Origin: Gammaproteobacteria bacterium
Lineage (GTDB): Bacteria; Pseudomonadota; Gammaproteobacteria; JABABF01
Direction: 5' to 3'
DNA: 64,000 nucleotides
NCBI GenBank assembly: GCA_965237805.1
Contig: OZ250153.1
Coordinates: 1,376,001 to 1,440,000 of the forward strand
The notes under the pieces were generated by a model. It saw only the letters and a list, made by a program, of their open reading frames with translations. It made no database searches and was not told where the DNA came from. The position numbers and the translations under genes were made by a program. Each line of letters opens with the position of its first letter. Positions within the stretch are counted from its first letter, which is position 1. Positions 40,146 to 49,176 of the stretch are shown in pieces.

Positions 40146-40829
40146 ATGCCCGCAGCAAAAAGAAAAAAAACACCCGCTCGCCGTGGTCGTCCCCCGGGTC
40201 GCAAAAATGCAGTCAAAAAAGTGGTCGCTACGCGTGTGCTGGCCCGCCGTGGTCGCCCGCCGGGTCGCAAGGTGGTGGCCAAGGCCAAGCCAGTGGCGTC
40301 GCCGCAAATGGCTCGTGTCGAGGCACGAGTCAACAAAGCACAACAGGCGCTACAGGCGACTATGGAGCAGCAGCGCCGCGCCCGTGCAGCGGTGTCTGAT
40401 GCCAAGAAACGCGCCGAGAAAATTGGCAGTCTGACAGCGCGCAAGGGGCTGCTAAAGTCCCGTCAAGCCGCACGCAAGGTGGCGGCGAAATTGGTGGTGG
40501 CGCGCACCGCATTGGCGGGGGCCAAACTGGCGCGCCGTGATGCGGCAGGTGCCGAGCGTGTGCGTGCGATGGAAGCTGATGCCGCCGTGCGTCTGGCTTC
40601 GCGTGAGCTGCAGTTGGCCGCCGCCACCAAGCGCGCTTTGCAGGTGGCACAAGCTGCTTGGGAGAAGCGCTGGCGCAAGAAACGTGCGAAGGCTGATCAA
40701 GCCAAGCTGCGCCAAGTGCAACAAAAGCTCACCTCGCGCGTCAAGAAAGCCGCGACCAAACAGCGTGCTGCAATGGCCAAGGCTGCCTCTGGCCGCCGTC
40801 GCCGTCGCCGCACGCGCCGCGTCAGCTGA
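40146..40829 (+). CDS. Highly basic histone H1-like protein with AT-hook-like motifs
   Basis: K/R/A-rich, two RRGRPPGRK motifs, strong RBS (caggag). Confidence 0.7.
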   Translation: MPAAKRKKTPARRGRPPGRKNAVKKVVATRVLARRGRPPGRKVVAKAKPVASPQMARVEARVNKAQQALQATMEQQRRARAAVSDAKKRAEKIGSLTARKGLLKSRQAARKVAAKLVVARTALAGAKLARRDAAGAERVRAMEADAAVRLASRELQLAAATKRALQVAQAAWEKRWRKKRAKADQAKLRQVQQKLTSRVKKAATKQRAAMAKAASGRRRRRRTRRVS

Positions 40830-40841
40830 TCTCAGCGCGGT

Positions 40842-41465
40842 CTAAGCTTCGGGTGTTGCCGCTTCGGCGGTGGCACCTGAAGCCGCTTCGAGGCGACGCA
40901 GCTCTTGCGGGTCGTTGCAATTGAAGAACGGGGATTCCCCCAGCTGGCGGTCATTGCCGCCAAATGCGACATCGATCGCGCCCTCGGCTATCAGCCACTC
41001 AGCCACTTGTTTGCGCCCCTGCTCCAAGCAATAACGGCGCAGCGATGAACGCTGCGCCGTAGGCATGAGAAAAAAGAGATTTTGGCGTCGGTGACCATCG
41101 TGAGCCGCAGCGATTTGCGCCCCGTTTTCCCTCAGTGCTGTGCTGAGTTTGTCTGCCAGCTCCAGAGGCAGCAGTGGCGGGTCCGTGGGGCAGACCAACA
41201 ACAGGCGCGTACGGCACAAGTCCAGCGCAGCGAGCAGTGGTCCAGCAGAGCCCGCGATCGTGTCGGCGATGACATCGCAACCGAGCAGTGTGCGATAGCG
41301 TTCCGCATTGCGGTTGCAGCTGATCAGCAAGGTGTCGATCTGCGCTCGCAAGCGCTTGGCGGTATACCAAGCGAGCGGGTGGCCGTGCCACTCGCTCAGC
41401 CCTTTGTCGCGGCCATCGACACGCTGCCCGCGACCGCCGCACAAAATCAATCCGGTGATCGACAT
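40842..41465 (-). CDS. mobA: Molybdenum cofactor guanylyltransferase
   Basis: ILCGGRGQRVDGRDKG, ISCNRN, F.NCN.P.EL. Confidence 0.85.
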   Translation of the reverse strand: MSITGLILCGGRGQRVDGRDKGLSEWHGHPLAWYTAKRLRAQIDTLLISCNRNAERYRTLLGCDVIADTIAGSAGPLLAALDLCRTRLLLVCPTDPPLLPLELADKLSTALRENGAQIAAAHDGHRRQNLFFLMPTAQRSSLRRYCLEQGRKQVAEWLIAEGAIDVAFGGNDRQLGESPFFNCNDPQELRRLEAASGATAEAATPEA

Positions 41466-41497
41466 GGCAGTGCCGGTGTAACAGCACTGTGCGCACG

Positions 41498-42229
41498 GTG
41501 ATGCCACCGCGCGTGCTGGCGCTCAGCGCGGCCACCGACGGCGTTTCGGTGGCTCTGCTGGGTGCCGATGACGATTGCCTGCAACGCAGCGTCGCCGCCT
41601 CGCGCGGCCAAGCGGAGCGCTTATTGGTGTTGGCGCAGCGCCTGTTGGCCGATGCCGGGTGGCACTATGGGCAGCTCGATGCCTTGGTATTGACGCGTGG
41701 TCCCGGTCCCTTCACCAGCCTGCGCGTCGCAGCTGGTGTGGCGCAAGGGTTGGCGCTTGGTGCCGGCTTGTCGATTGTCCCGGTCTCGTCGCTGGCGACA
41801 TTGGCCCAAGGCGTTTTGCGGCGTCATCCACCGCAGGGTGCACAGTGCGTGTTGGCGCTGTGCTGTGCCCGCAGCGGGCAGTGGTATCGCGGGGCCTATC
41901 ACCTTGATGTGGCGACGGGATGCGTCGCGGAATTACTGCCCGATGCCCGTTGCGGTGCCGCCGAGCTGTCTTTGCCAAAAGCGTGGGCGTGGCAGCATTG
42001 TGTCGGTGTCGGTGACGGTTGGCGGCGACCGCCGCCGACGGTGCGGGCGTGCCTCTCGGTGGAGCCTGAGGTTTTGCCTGAAGCGCGTGATGCCGCCCAG
42101 CTCGGGGCACTCGGCTTCGCCACTGGTGCTGCGGTGGCTGCCGAACATGCGGTGCCTAGTTACCTGTGCGGAGAGGAGGCATGGCAGCCTGCACGGCCGC
42201 CTTGGTCATCGGATGGGGGCGCGGGATGA
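41498..42229 (+). CDS. tsaB: tRNA threonylcarbamoyladenosine biosynthesis protein TsaB
   Basis: GPGPFTSLRV...AQGLA, VSSL..LA; divergent N-terminus. Confidence 0.85.
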   Translation: MMPPRVLALSAATDGVSVALLGADDDCLQRSVAASRGQAERLLVLAQRLLADAGWHYGQLDALVLTRGPGPFTSLRVAAGVAQGLALGAGLSIVPVSSLATLAQGVLRRHPPQGAQCVLALCCARSGQWYRGAYHLDVATGCVAELLPDARCGAAELSLPKAWAWQHCVGVGDGWRRPPPTVRACLSVEPEVLPEARDAAQLGALGFATGAAVAAEHAVPSYLCGEEAWQPARPPWSSDGGAG

Positions 42230-43062
42230 ATACGGCACAAGCTTTAGCAGTGGCGCTGATTCAAGGGCTGAGCGAATTTCTGCCCATCTCCAGCACGGCG
42301 CATCTGCAGTTGCCACACATCCTGCTCAGTTGGCCGTCGCCGGGGCTGTTGCTCGACACAGCCCTGCATTTGGGAACTTTGGCCGCGGTATTGTTGTATT
42401 TCCGCCGCGACCTTTGGGGGATGGTGTTGGCTGCTGGCAATGCATTGCGCCACCGCCGTCTGTGTGCGGACAGCCGTCTGTTGCTACAACTCGCCTGTGC
42501 CACCGTGCCGGTGATGTTGGTTGGCTTCGTGGCGCAAGCGAGCCCCGCCTACCGGGCTTGGCGTCAAGAGCCGTGGTCGATCGCGCTGGCGACCGTGCTG
42601 TTCGCCCTGCTGCTGTGGCGCGCCGATGCGCAGAGCCGGAGCCGAGGGGCAGCGCAGCGCCTCGCTGCGGACATGACTTGGCGCGATGCGTGGATCATCG
42701 GGCTGTTCGAAATCTTCGCGCTGGTACCCGGTGCCTCGCGCGCTGGTGTCACCCTGAGCGCGGCTTTTCTGCTCGGCCTCGAACGCCGCTTCGCCGCTCG
42801 CTTCGCCTTTTTGCTCGCGATTCCCGTCATCCTCGCCGCCGTCGCACTGGAGTTGCCGATGGCCTATGCCGACCGCCACAGCGGAGGGCTCGCTTGGGGG
42901 TCGGTGGTCATGGCCGCTTTGTTGGCCGGTGGCATCGCCTACGCCACCATCGCGTGGTTCCTGCACTTGGTGGAGCGTGTGGGTCTGTTGCCCTTTGTGT
43001 TCTATCGCTTGGCTTTGGGCGCTTTGCTGTTTTGGGTGGCGTGGTCCAATGGCTTGCCGTAG
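42226..43062 (+). CDS. uppP: Undecaprenyl-diphosphate phosphatase
   Basis: QGLSEFLPISSTAH, PGASRAGVT, F..YR. Confidence 0.9.
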   Translation: MNTAQALAVALIQGLSEFLPISSTAHLQLPHILLSWPSPGLLLDTALHLGTLAAVLLYFRRDLWGMVLAAGNALRHRRLCADSRLLLQLACATVPVMLVGFVAQASPAYRAWRQEPWSIALATVLFALLLWRADAQSRSRGAAQRLAADMTWRDAWIIGLFEIFALVPGASRAGVTLSAAFLLGLERRFAARFAFLLAIPVILAAVALELPMAYADRHSGGLAWGSVVMAALLAGGIAYATIAWFLHLVERVGLLPFVFYRLALGALLFWVAWSNGLP

Positions 43063-43128
43063 TCGCCGTCGGGTGATGTCCCCCGCAGGTTATAATCGGC
43101 CTTTATTTTCAATGTTGCTCGTACGGTG

Positions 43129-44145
43129 GTGACCGAACGCGTACTGACAGGCATCACCACGACGGGCACTCCACATCTGGGTAATTATGCAGGTGCCATT
43201 CGTCCGGCGTTGGCATTGGCGTCTGGTAGTGGCATCGAAGCGTTCTATTTCTTGGCCGATTACCACGCTTTGGTCAAGTGTCGCGATGCGGAATTGGTGC
43301 ATCGCTCTACCAAGGAGATCGCCGCTGCTTGGCTGGCGCTGGGATTGGAGCCCGAGCAGACAGTGTTTTATCGCCAGTCAGATGTGCCGGAGATCTTCGA
43401 ATTGCATTGGATTCTCAGTTGTCTGACCGCCAAAGGGCTGATGAACCGCAGCCATGCCTACAAAAGCCAACGCGAGGAAAATCTGCGTGGCGGTAAGTCT
43501 GCGGATCCCGATCAGGCGATCACCATGGGGCTCTACGGCTATCCGGTGTTGATGGCGGCGGATATACTGGCTTTCAGTGCGCAGCGTGTGCCGGTCGGTC
43601 AAGATCAGCTGCAACATGTCGAGATGGCACGCGATATCGCCCAGCGCTTCAATCACCACTACGGTGAGGTGTTGGTCTTGCCCCATTCCGCATTGTCCGC
43701 GCACGGGCGTTCGATCGAGGGCTTGGATCGCCGCAAAATGAGTAAGAGTTACGATAATGTCATCCCGCTGTTCGCACCACAGCAGGAGCTGCGCCGCTTG
43801 GTCATGAAAATTCGCACCAATTCCCAGCCTCCCGGCGAACCCAAGGATCCGGCGCAGTGCACATTGTTTTCCATCTACGCGGCCTGCTCTGGAGAGGATG
43901 CCCGTCAGGAGATGAGCGAGCGCTATGCGGCGGGAATCGCTTGGAAAGAGGTCAAGGAGAGCCTGTTGGCCCGGCTTGAAGAGCTGTTGGCCGAGCCTCG
44001 TCAGCGCTACCAAGCGTGGTCTGATGACGGGGACGCTGTCGAAGCGCTATTGCGGGACGGTGCCGAGCGCGCCCGCAGTGTCGCTGCCCCGCTACTCGCC
44101 CGTGTGCGAGCTGCGACTGGCATCCGCAGCTTGGGGTCGCGGTGA
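43129..44145 (+). CDS. trpS: Tryptophan--tRNA ligase
   Basis: HLGN, YPVLMAADIL, VPVG.DQ.QH, KMSKS; TATAAT at 43092 upstream. Confidence 0.96.
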   Translation: MTERVLTGITTTGTPHLGNYAGAIRPALALASGSGIEAFYFLADYHALVKCRDAELVHRSTKEIAAAWLALGLEPEQTVFYRQSDVPEIFELHWILSCLTAKGLMNRSHAYKSQREENLRGGKSADPDQAITMGLYGYPVLMAADILAFSAQRVPVGQDQLQHVEMARDIAQRFNHHYGEVLVLPHSALSAHGRSIEGLDRRKMSKSYDNVIPLFAPQQELRRLVMKIRTNSQPPGEPKDPAQCTLFSIYAACSGEDARQEMSERYAAGIAWKEVKESLLARLEELLAEPRQRYQAWSDDGDAVEALLRDGAERARSVAAPLLARVRAATGIRSLGSR

Positions 44146-45116
44146 TGGCTGCATTGGCATTGGCGCTCTACCTCTTGGTCTACGCCAACCTCAGCTTTTT
44201 GCTCGACGCGCCGCCGCTGTATGCGCTGTTGCCGGTGGCGGGCATCGCGCTTGCAGTGTTCCTGCTGGGGCGCGCTGGCCGCAACATCGACGAGCTGTTG
44301 CTGATGCTCAACCAACTGTCCCTGCTGGTGGTCGCGTTGGCGTTGGTCGCCAGCGCTTGGGCGGTGCTCGATGGCCGCAATCCGGTTGTCGTCGGCCGCT
44401 TGTTGCCGCTGTTCATCGCGACGGTCGCGCTCTATGCCTATCACGGTTTTCTGGACGAGCGCAGCGCGCCCCAAGATGCCCCGCTGGCGCGCGCTGCCCG
44501 TTTGTTGGCTGGCCCCTCGCTATTACCGACTTTCTGTTTTGCCTTGGTTGCGACCGCTTGCCTAGTGGTGGCGTTGGATTATTTGGGCAGCTATTCGAGC
44601 GCTTGGCGCGACAGTGGCATCCCGTCGCGCGTTTTGAACCGCGGCATCATCCCGCCACTGACCATCGCGTTATTTCTATGGGCATTGCTATTGTTGATGT
44701 ACAAAAGTATTTTGTCCCGCTATCTGCGTTCCAATGTGTTGCCCGCGCTACCACGAAGCGCTTTGGAGCATGAGCGGCAATTGCTGTGGCGCAAATCTGA
44801 GGAATCTTTCCTGTTGCCGCGTTATCTGGTTTGGGCGATTCCAATCCTCGGTTTCATCGGCACCGTACTCGGGATCTCGCTCGCCGCCGACGGCATCCGT
44901 CTCTTGGTGAGTTCGGAGCGGGGCATCTCCGAATTATCTGACGAGTTGGGGCAGGCCATCGCTCCGCTGGGCATTGCCTTCGACACGACACTGGTTGCCC
45001 TGTCACTCAGCGTCGTGTTGATGTTGGTGTTGACCTTGGCGCAGCGCAACGAAGAAGGCTTGGTTGGGGACATCTCCGATCGCCTGCAAGGGGTGGCTGA
45101 TGAGCCGCACGGATAG
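44145..45116 (+). CDS. MotA/TolQ/ExbB proton-channel family protein with extra N-terminal TM helices
   Basis: IPILGFIGTVLGI and GIAFDTTLVAL hairpin motifs. Confidence 0.8.
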   Translation: MAALALALYLLVYANLSFLLDAPPLYALLPVAGIALAVFLLGRAGRNIDELLLMLNQLSLLVVALALVASAWAVLDGRNPVVVGRLLPLFIATVALYAYHGFLDERSAPQDAPLARAARLLAGPSLLPTFCFALVATACLVVALDYLGSYSSAWRDSGIPSRVLNRGIIPPLTIALFLWALLLLMYKSILSRYLRSNVLPALPRSALEHERQLLWRKSEESFLLPRYLVWAIPILGFIGTVLGISLAADGIRLLVSSERGISELSDELGQAIAPLGIAFDTTLVALSLSVVLMLVLTLAQRNEEGLVGDISDRLQGVADEPHG

Positions 45117-45633
45117 ACGGCTGGGTATTGCTGGCCGCACTTTAGACGCGCAAGGACAAAATAATGCCCCGATGATGGCGCTGTTCGGCGGTATTTTCGC
45201 CCTGTTGCTGGTCTTTTTCCTAATTGTCAATCTGCTGTCAGAAATCTCGTTGCGCGAGCGTCTGGAGCAGGCGGGGTCTGAGGGGCTGTTCCGCATCAAT
45301 CAAGTGAACGGCACCGATGGCTATGTCATCATTACCCTGCCGGAGGCCTTGCGCATCGTGGAGACCAACCGCGGGGTTTCTCGCGGTCGCATTTGCCAAC
45401 CGGGAGGCGTTTTCCCAGACTATGCCCACACGGTCTACACAGAGCGCAAAAACCTGCTGATTTTCATGATTTTGGAAGGCAGTATCAGCACCATGGCCGA
45501 GGCGCGCGACTGCCTGCGCCAGCTGCTACCTGGCCGGCGTGTGCACATCGGCTGGCTGATGGCTGACAACGAGTTCCTCAAATCTGTTGCGCTGGATGAT
45601 GTGCCGTCCTATATTGAGGAGTACGCACATTGA
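45100..45633 (+). CDS. Single-pass membrane protein, ExbD/TolR-like topology
   Basis: N-terminal TM (MMALFGGIFALLLVFFLIV) plus small alpha/beta domain; overlaps the upstream gene. Confidence 0.6.
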   Translation: MSRTDRRLGIAGRTLDAQGQNNAPMMALFGGIFALLLVFFLIVNLLSEISLRERLEQAGSEGLFRINQVNGTDGYVIITLPEALRIVETNRGVSRGRICQPGGVFPDYAHTVYTERKNLLIFMILEGSISTMAEARDCLRQLLPGRRVHIGWLMADNEFLKSVALDDVPSYIEEYAH

Positions 45634-45640
45634 TGCGCCC

Positions 45641-47473
45641 ATGAGCGAGCGTCAGATTCCCGATTTTGCCAGCGTCGCCTTGGTCGATATCTTGGCCAAT
45701 GGCGTTGGCATGTTGATCATCTTGATCGTGCTCAGCATCAGCTCTCGCTTTGAGGCCGAGCAGCGCCAGTTGGAGCAGGTCGGCGAAGCCTCGGTGGTAT
45801 TGAGCAGGACGATTTCGACCGACATCGTGCGCAATCGGCTCGCCGCCAGTCCGCCAGCACAGCTGCACAGTTATCAGAATTCGCCTTTGGATCGCGTGCG
45901 CGACCCATTGCAGCTGCCAATTCTCGAGCTGCACCGGGATTTTGTCCGCGACTATTACAGCAGTGCGGTCTATTCTCGCGAAGAGCTGTTGCTTGAGGAC
46001 AACCGTCTCGATGAAGCGCTGGCCGCTTTCACGCCCCGGCAACGCAATACTCTGCGCATCGATATGTATGCGGTGCGTGAATTCTATTTGGCGATGTCCG
46101 TCCTGCGTAGCCATGGCATCGGATCGCGCCATTGGCATTTTGTGCGTGGCGGAGGGATGAGTGTGCGCGATGCGGTTAACTGTCCTCCCGGTGTCCCCGG
46201 TAGCCAGTGTGTCGGCTTCGGGGGGCGTGGCGAGAGTGCGCAGAATCGCGCTGCCCAAGCCCTGCGTTCTCTGCTGGGGGAGGTGGCGGCTACCGAGGAC
46301 GGTGCGGCTGGTGTGGCGGAGGACGGTGTGGTTGGCGCAGCGGAGGACGGTGTCGCGGGAGGTGAGACGGCGGGTGCCGGACGGGGGCCGCAGCTGCCCG
46401 ATGGCGGCGATCTGCGTGACTTGGGGCAAAGCGGGGCGGCTTCGGAGCGCTACCCGGCGATGGCTGCCGAGGATTCAGCTGCAGCTGGTTGGGCTGCGGG
46501 GCGCCGGAGTGGAGCGGATCCGGGGAGCCCGCAGGGTGCGGAATCCGACTTCGACGCGCTGATGCGTAGCATGGGGCAAGCTAGCGTCCACCGAGGCGCG
46601 GGAGAGCAGGGGCAGGGCGGCCAGCCCGGCGACCCGCAGCTGTCCCGCGCCACTTTTCGCTTCGCCGGGCCACCAGCCGATACACAGCAATCTGCCGATC
46701 GACAATCCCGGGTGCCGTTGCCGTCATTGCGGGTGGTATTGGCGGTGCTGTTGCAATATATGCGCGAGATTGAGGATGCGCTGGACAATGATCGCAGCGT
46801 ACTGTCGCTGGTCAGCAATTTTTCTGCAACTTTGATTCAGCGTTTCGTCGATCCGCCGCCGCCGCGTGCCGAAGACCAAGACTTGATCGACGGCATCGTG
46901 CGCCTGTTTATTGAGCGCTGGCCGGATTCGGAGCCGTTGCAGGTTGAGCAGCGGTGGGATGATTCGGTGGCGGGGCTCAGCGCGGTGCTGCCAGTCAATG
47001 TGGCTCTGCAGCAGTTGGCGTTGCGTGGGGACTCGCTACAGGATGCCTTGGAGGGGCTTCCAGCCGCTCGCCATGTTGCACTGCGTCTCAACAATTTTCC
47101 GACCATCTACCAAGGCATGGAACTGATATTGCAGCGTGATGCGGTGCTGTTGATGGCACCCGAGCAACGGCAGCCGGAAGAGTACCACTGGCGTGTTGTC
47201 AGCTATATCCCTCCCTCTTTTGATAATTTCGTGCTCGGCTTTGTCTATGCGATTGTGACCGAGGATGCGCAGTTGTCCCTGCATCCAGCTGCCAATCACA
47301 TTGTGGTCGGCACCACGCCGTTGCGGGTGTTGGCGGCACCGCGCAGTGTCGGTGTGCTGGGTTGGTTGGCACTCTGCTTTGCCACGGTGGTGCTGGGCTT
47401 GGTCTTGGTACTGCTATTCGAGCTGCGCCGTCGCCGTCAGTCGGCAGTTGTGACGCTGGGAGCTGCTGCGTGA
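45641..47473 (+). CDS. Hypothetical membrane protein: Asp-containing N-terminal TM, low-complexity linker, C-terminal TM
   Basis: ALVDILANGVGMLIILIVL; G/A/E-rich linker; terminal TM followed by RRRR. Confidence 0.7.
   Translation: MSERQIPDFASVALVDILANGVGMLIILIVLSISSRFEAEQRQLEQVGEASVVLSRTISTDIVRNRLAASPPAQLHSYQNSPLDRVRDPLQLPILELHRDFVRDYYSSAVYSREELLLEDNRLDEALAAFTPRQRNTLRIDMYAVREFYLAMSVLRSHGIGSRHWHFVRGGGMSVRDAVNCPPGVPGSQCVGFGGRGESAQNRAAQALRSLLGEVAATEDGAAGVAEDGVVGAAEDGVAGGETAGAGRGPQLPDGGDLRDLGQSGAASERYPAMAAEDSAAAGWAAGRRSGADPGSPQGAESDFDALMRSMGQASVHRGAGEQGQGGQPGDPQLSRATFRFAGPPADTQQSADRQSRVPLPSLRVVLAVLLQYMREIEDALDNDRSVLSLVSNFSATLIQRFVDPPPPRAEDQDLIDGIVRLFIERWPDSEPLQVEQRWDDSVAGLSAVLPVNVALQQLALRGDSLQDALEGLPAARHVALRLNNFPTIYQGMELILQRDAVLLMAPEQRQPEEYHWRVVSYIPPSFDNFVLGFVYAIVTEDAQLSLHPAANHIVVGTTPLRVLAAPRSVGVLGWLALCFATVVLGLVLVLLFELRRRRQSAVVTLGAAA
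46295..46366 (+). repeat. Three 24-bp in-frame repeats (EDGxxGxA)
   Basis: gaggacggtg at 46295, 46319 and 46343. Confidence 0.75.
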
Positions 47474-49050
47474 AGCGTCTGCAGCATCCGACTGGGCTCT
47501 TGGTGCTGGCGGTGCTTTTGGTGGCGATGGTATTGGTGACGCGCTTGCGCCTGCCAGCTGCGCAAATCGATACGGTGCAGTTGCGCCTCGGCCCGCCGCC
47601 AGCACTCAGCGAGACTGGCCGCCAACTCGACCAAGTGCTGCGTGAACATTTGGGCGCGTTCCGCCGTCAGCCGCATTTGGCGGCGCTACTCAATATCCCG
47701 GTGCGCACAGTGGATCTGGCACCATTTTGGGTCGATAAATGCGAGGTGCGGCAGGGGGCATTGGACAGCTTCTTGGCTTGGTGGGAGCAGTTGCCGCCGG
47801 GCGACCCGCGGCGCTTGGCTCCGGCAGGCGCACGCTATTACTCCAGTTCCAAAGGCCATCGTGTCGCCGGTCGCTCGCAGGCCCCCGCTAGCGGGATCAG
47901 TTATTTCGAGGCGCAAGCCTATTGTCGAGCCGCTGGCGGCCAGCTGCCTTCCGCTGCGCAGTGGCAAGCGGTTGCCAGCGGCCCTGCTGGGCGGCTCTAT
48001 CCTTGGGGAGATCGCTTTGAACCGGCGGCTTGGCCCTATGTCAAAGCCGAATTGAATGCCGCCCAAAGATGCGGCCTGCATCCGGCCAGCGATACGCCGC
48101 AGGGAGTGCATGACCTCGCCAACGGAGTCGAAGAATGGACGCGGGGCTGGGATGAGTCCAAAGCGCCGCTGTTGCAAGGTGTTCACGCTGATAAGGGGCG
48201 GCGGGCGCTGGCGGTACATGCCTTGAACGCCACCACACGCCAAGCACATCCCAACTACCGTTCCCACTACACGGGCTTTCGCTGCATCTATGATGGCCGC
48301 CGCCCACAGTTGCTACCTTGGGGGAGGGGGGTTCACCCTGACACGGTACGCGTGCCGGGTGCCCGCTATCGTTTCGGCTTGCCTGCCGATGCCCGCTTGC
48401 CGCAGCTAATCCCGGTGGTGCCCGCTGTCTTGCTCCGCACCGATTCGCCACTACTCGACGCTGAGCCATCGGCTCGGTCCGAACTGCGGGTGGCGCGTTG
48501 TGAGGTCAGCCGCAGACACTATCGCCTGTTCTTGGCTGATCCGCTGGTGCGGCTGGGTCTGTTTGCCAATGAGCATGAACCTCGGCACCAAGATTACCGC
48601 CCCCAAGACTGGGCACGGCAGTTGGCGGCCCCCGCATTGCCGGTCAGCGGACTGGACTGGTGGTCTGCCGATGCCTTTGCCCGCTGGGTCGGGGGGCGTC
48701 TGCCCAGTGCCCACGAGTGGCAGCTGGCGTCGGCGGGTGGTGCGAGCGGCTACCCTTGGGGGGCTGTCTACGAGCCGGAACGCGCTGTGACCGGTGATGC
48801 TCGCGAGGCGCGTCGGGTTTCCTGCGAGGCACTCGATCGCGGTGCCAGCGTGACCGGATTGCGCGGTATGGGTGGCAATGTCTCTGAGTGGACCCGCAGT
48901 GTGTCGGTGACTGGACGCGATTACAACATATTGGTCAAGGGTGGCAATTATCTGCTGCCGGGGGCGTTGAGCGCCCACAGCGATTTTGTGCGGGCGGTGC
49001 CGCTGGATCATCGCGCGCCAGATATCGGCTTGCGGGTTGTCTTCGATTGA
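47470..49050 (+). CDS. Membrane-anchored protein with two FGE-sulfatase/SUMF1-fold domains
   Basis: Twice: E V..., P.....W/Y..A.A(Y/F)...GG.LPS..(Q/E)W, YPWG, (D/G)(L/M).(N/G)(G/N)V.EW, G(F/L)R. Confidence 0.85.
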   Translation: MKRLQHPTGLLVLAVLLVAMVLVTRLRLPAAQIDTVQLRLGPPPALSETGRQLDQVLREHLGAFRRQPHLAALLNIPVRTVDLAPFWVDKCEVRQGALDSFLAWWEQLPPGDPRRLAPAGARYYSSSKGHRVAGRSQAPASGISYFEAQAYCRAAGGQLPSAAQWQAVASGPAGRLYPWGDRFEPAAWPYVKAELNAAQRCGLHPASDTPQGVHDLANGVEEWTRGWDESKAPLLQGVHADKGRRALAVHALNATTRQAHPNYRSHYTGFRCIYDGRRPQLLPWGRGVHPDTVRVPGARYRFGLPADARLPQLIPVVPAVLLRTDSPLLDAEPSARSELRVARCEVSRRHYRLFLADPLVRLGLFANEHEPRHQDYRPQDWARQLAAPALPVSGLDWWSADAFARWVGGRLPSAHEWQLASAGGASGYPWGAVYEPERAVTGDAREARRVSCEALDRGASVTGLRGMGGNVSEWTRSVSVTGRDYNILVKGGNYLLPGALSAHSDFVRAVPLDHRAPDIGLRVVFD

Positions 49051-49081
49051 AGACCCGGGCCAGGGAGTTGCCGATGTGGCG

Positions 49082-49165
49082 TGGCGCTGGAGAGAATCGA
49101 ACTCTCACTCCGTTCCCGGAACTCGATTTTGAGTCGAGCGCGTCTGCCTATTCCGCCACAGCGCC
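49082..49165 (-). tRNA. tRNA-Leu (anticodon CAA)
   Basis: Acceptor stem GGCGCTG/CAGCGCC, anticodon arm CTCGA-CTCAAAA-TCGAG, long variable arm, GTTCGATT T-loop; divergent from queA. Confidence 0.95.
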
Positions 49166-49176
49166 GCCGCGCCGAA

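Noticed and set aside
44145-47473. Zorya, Tol-Pal or ExbBD-TonB assignment
   Set aside because: No OmpA-like ZorB domain, ZorC/D/E, TolB/Pal, TonB C-terminal domain or receptor is recognisable.
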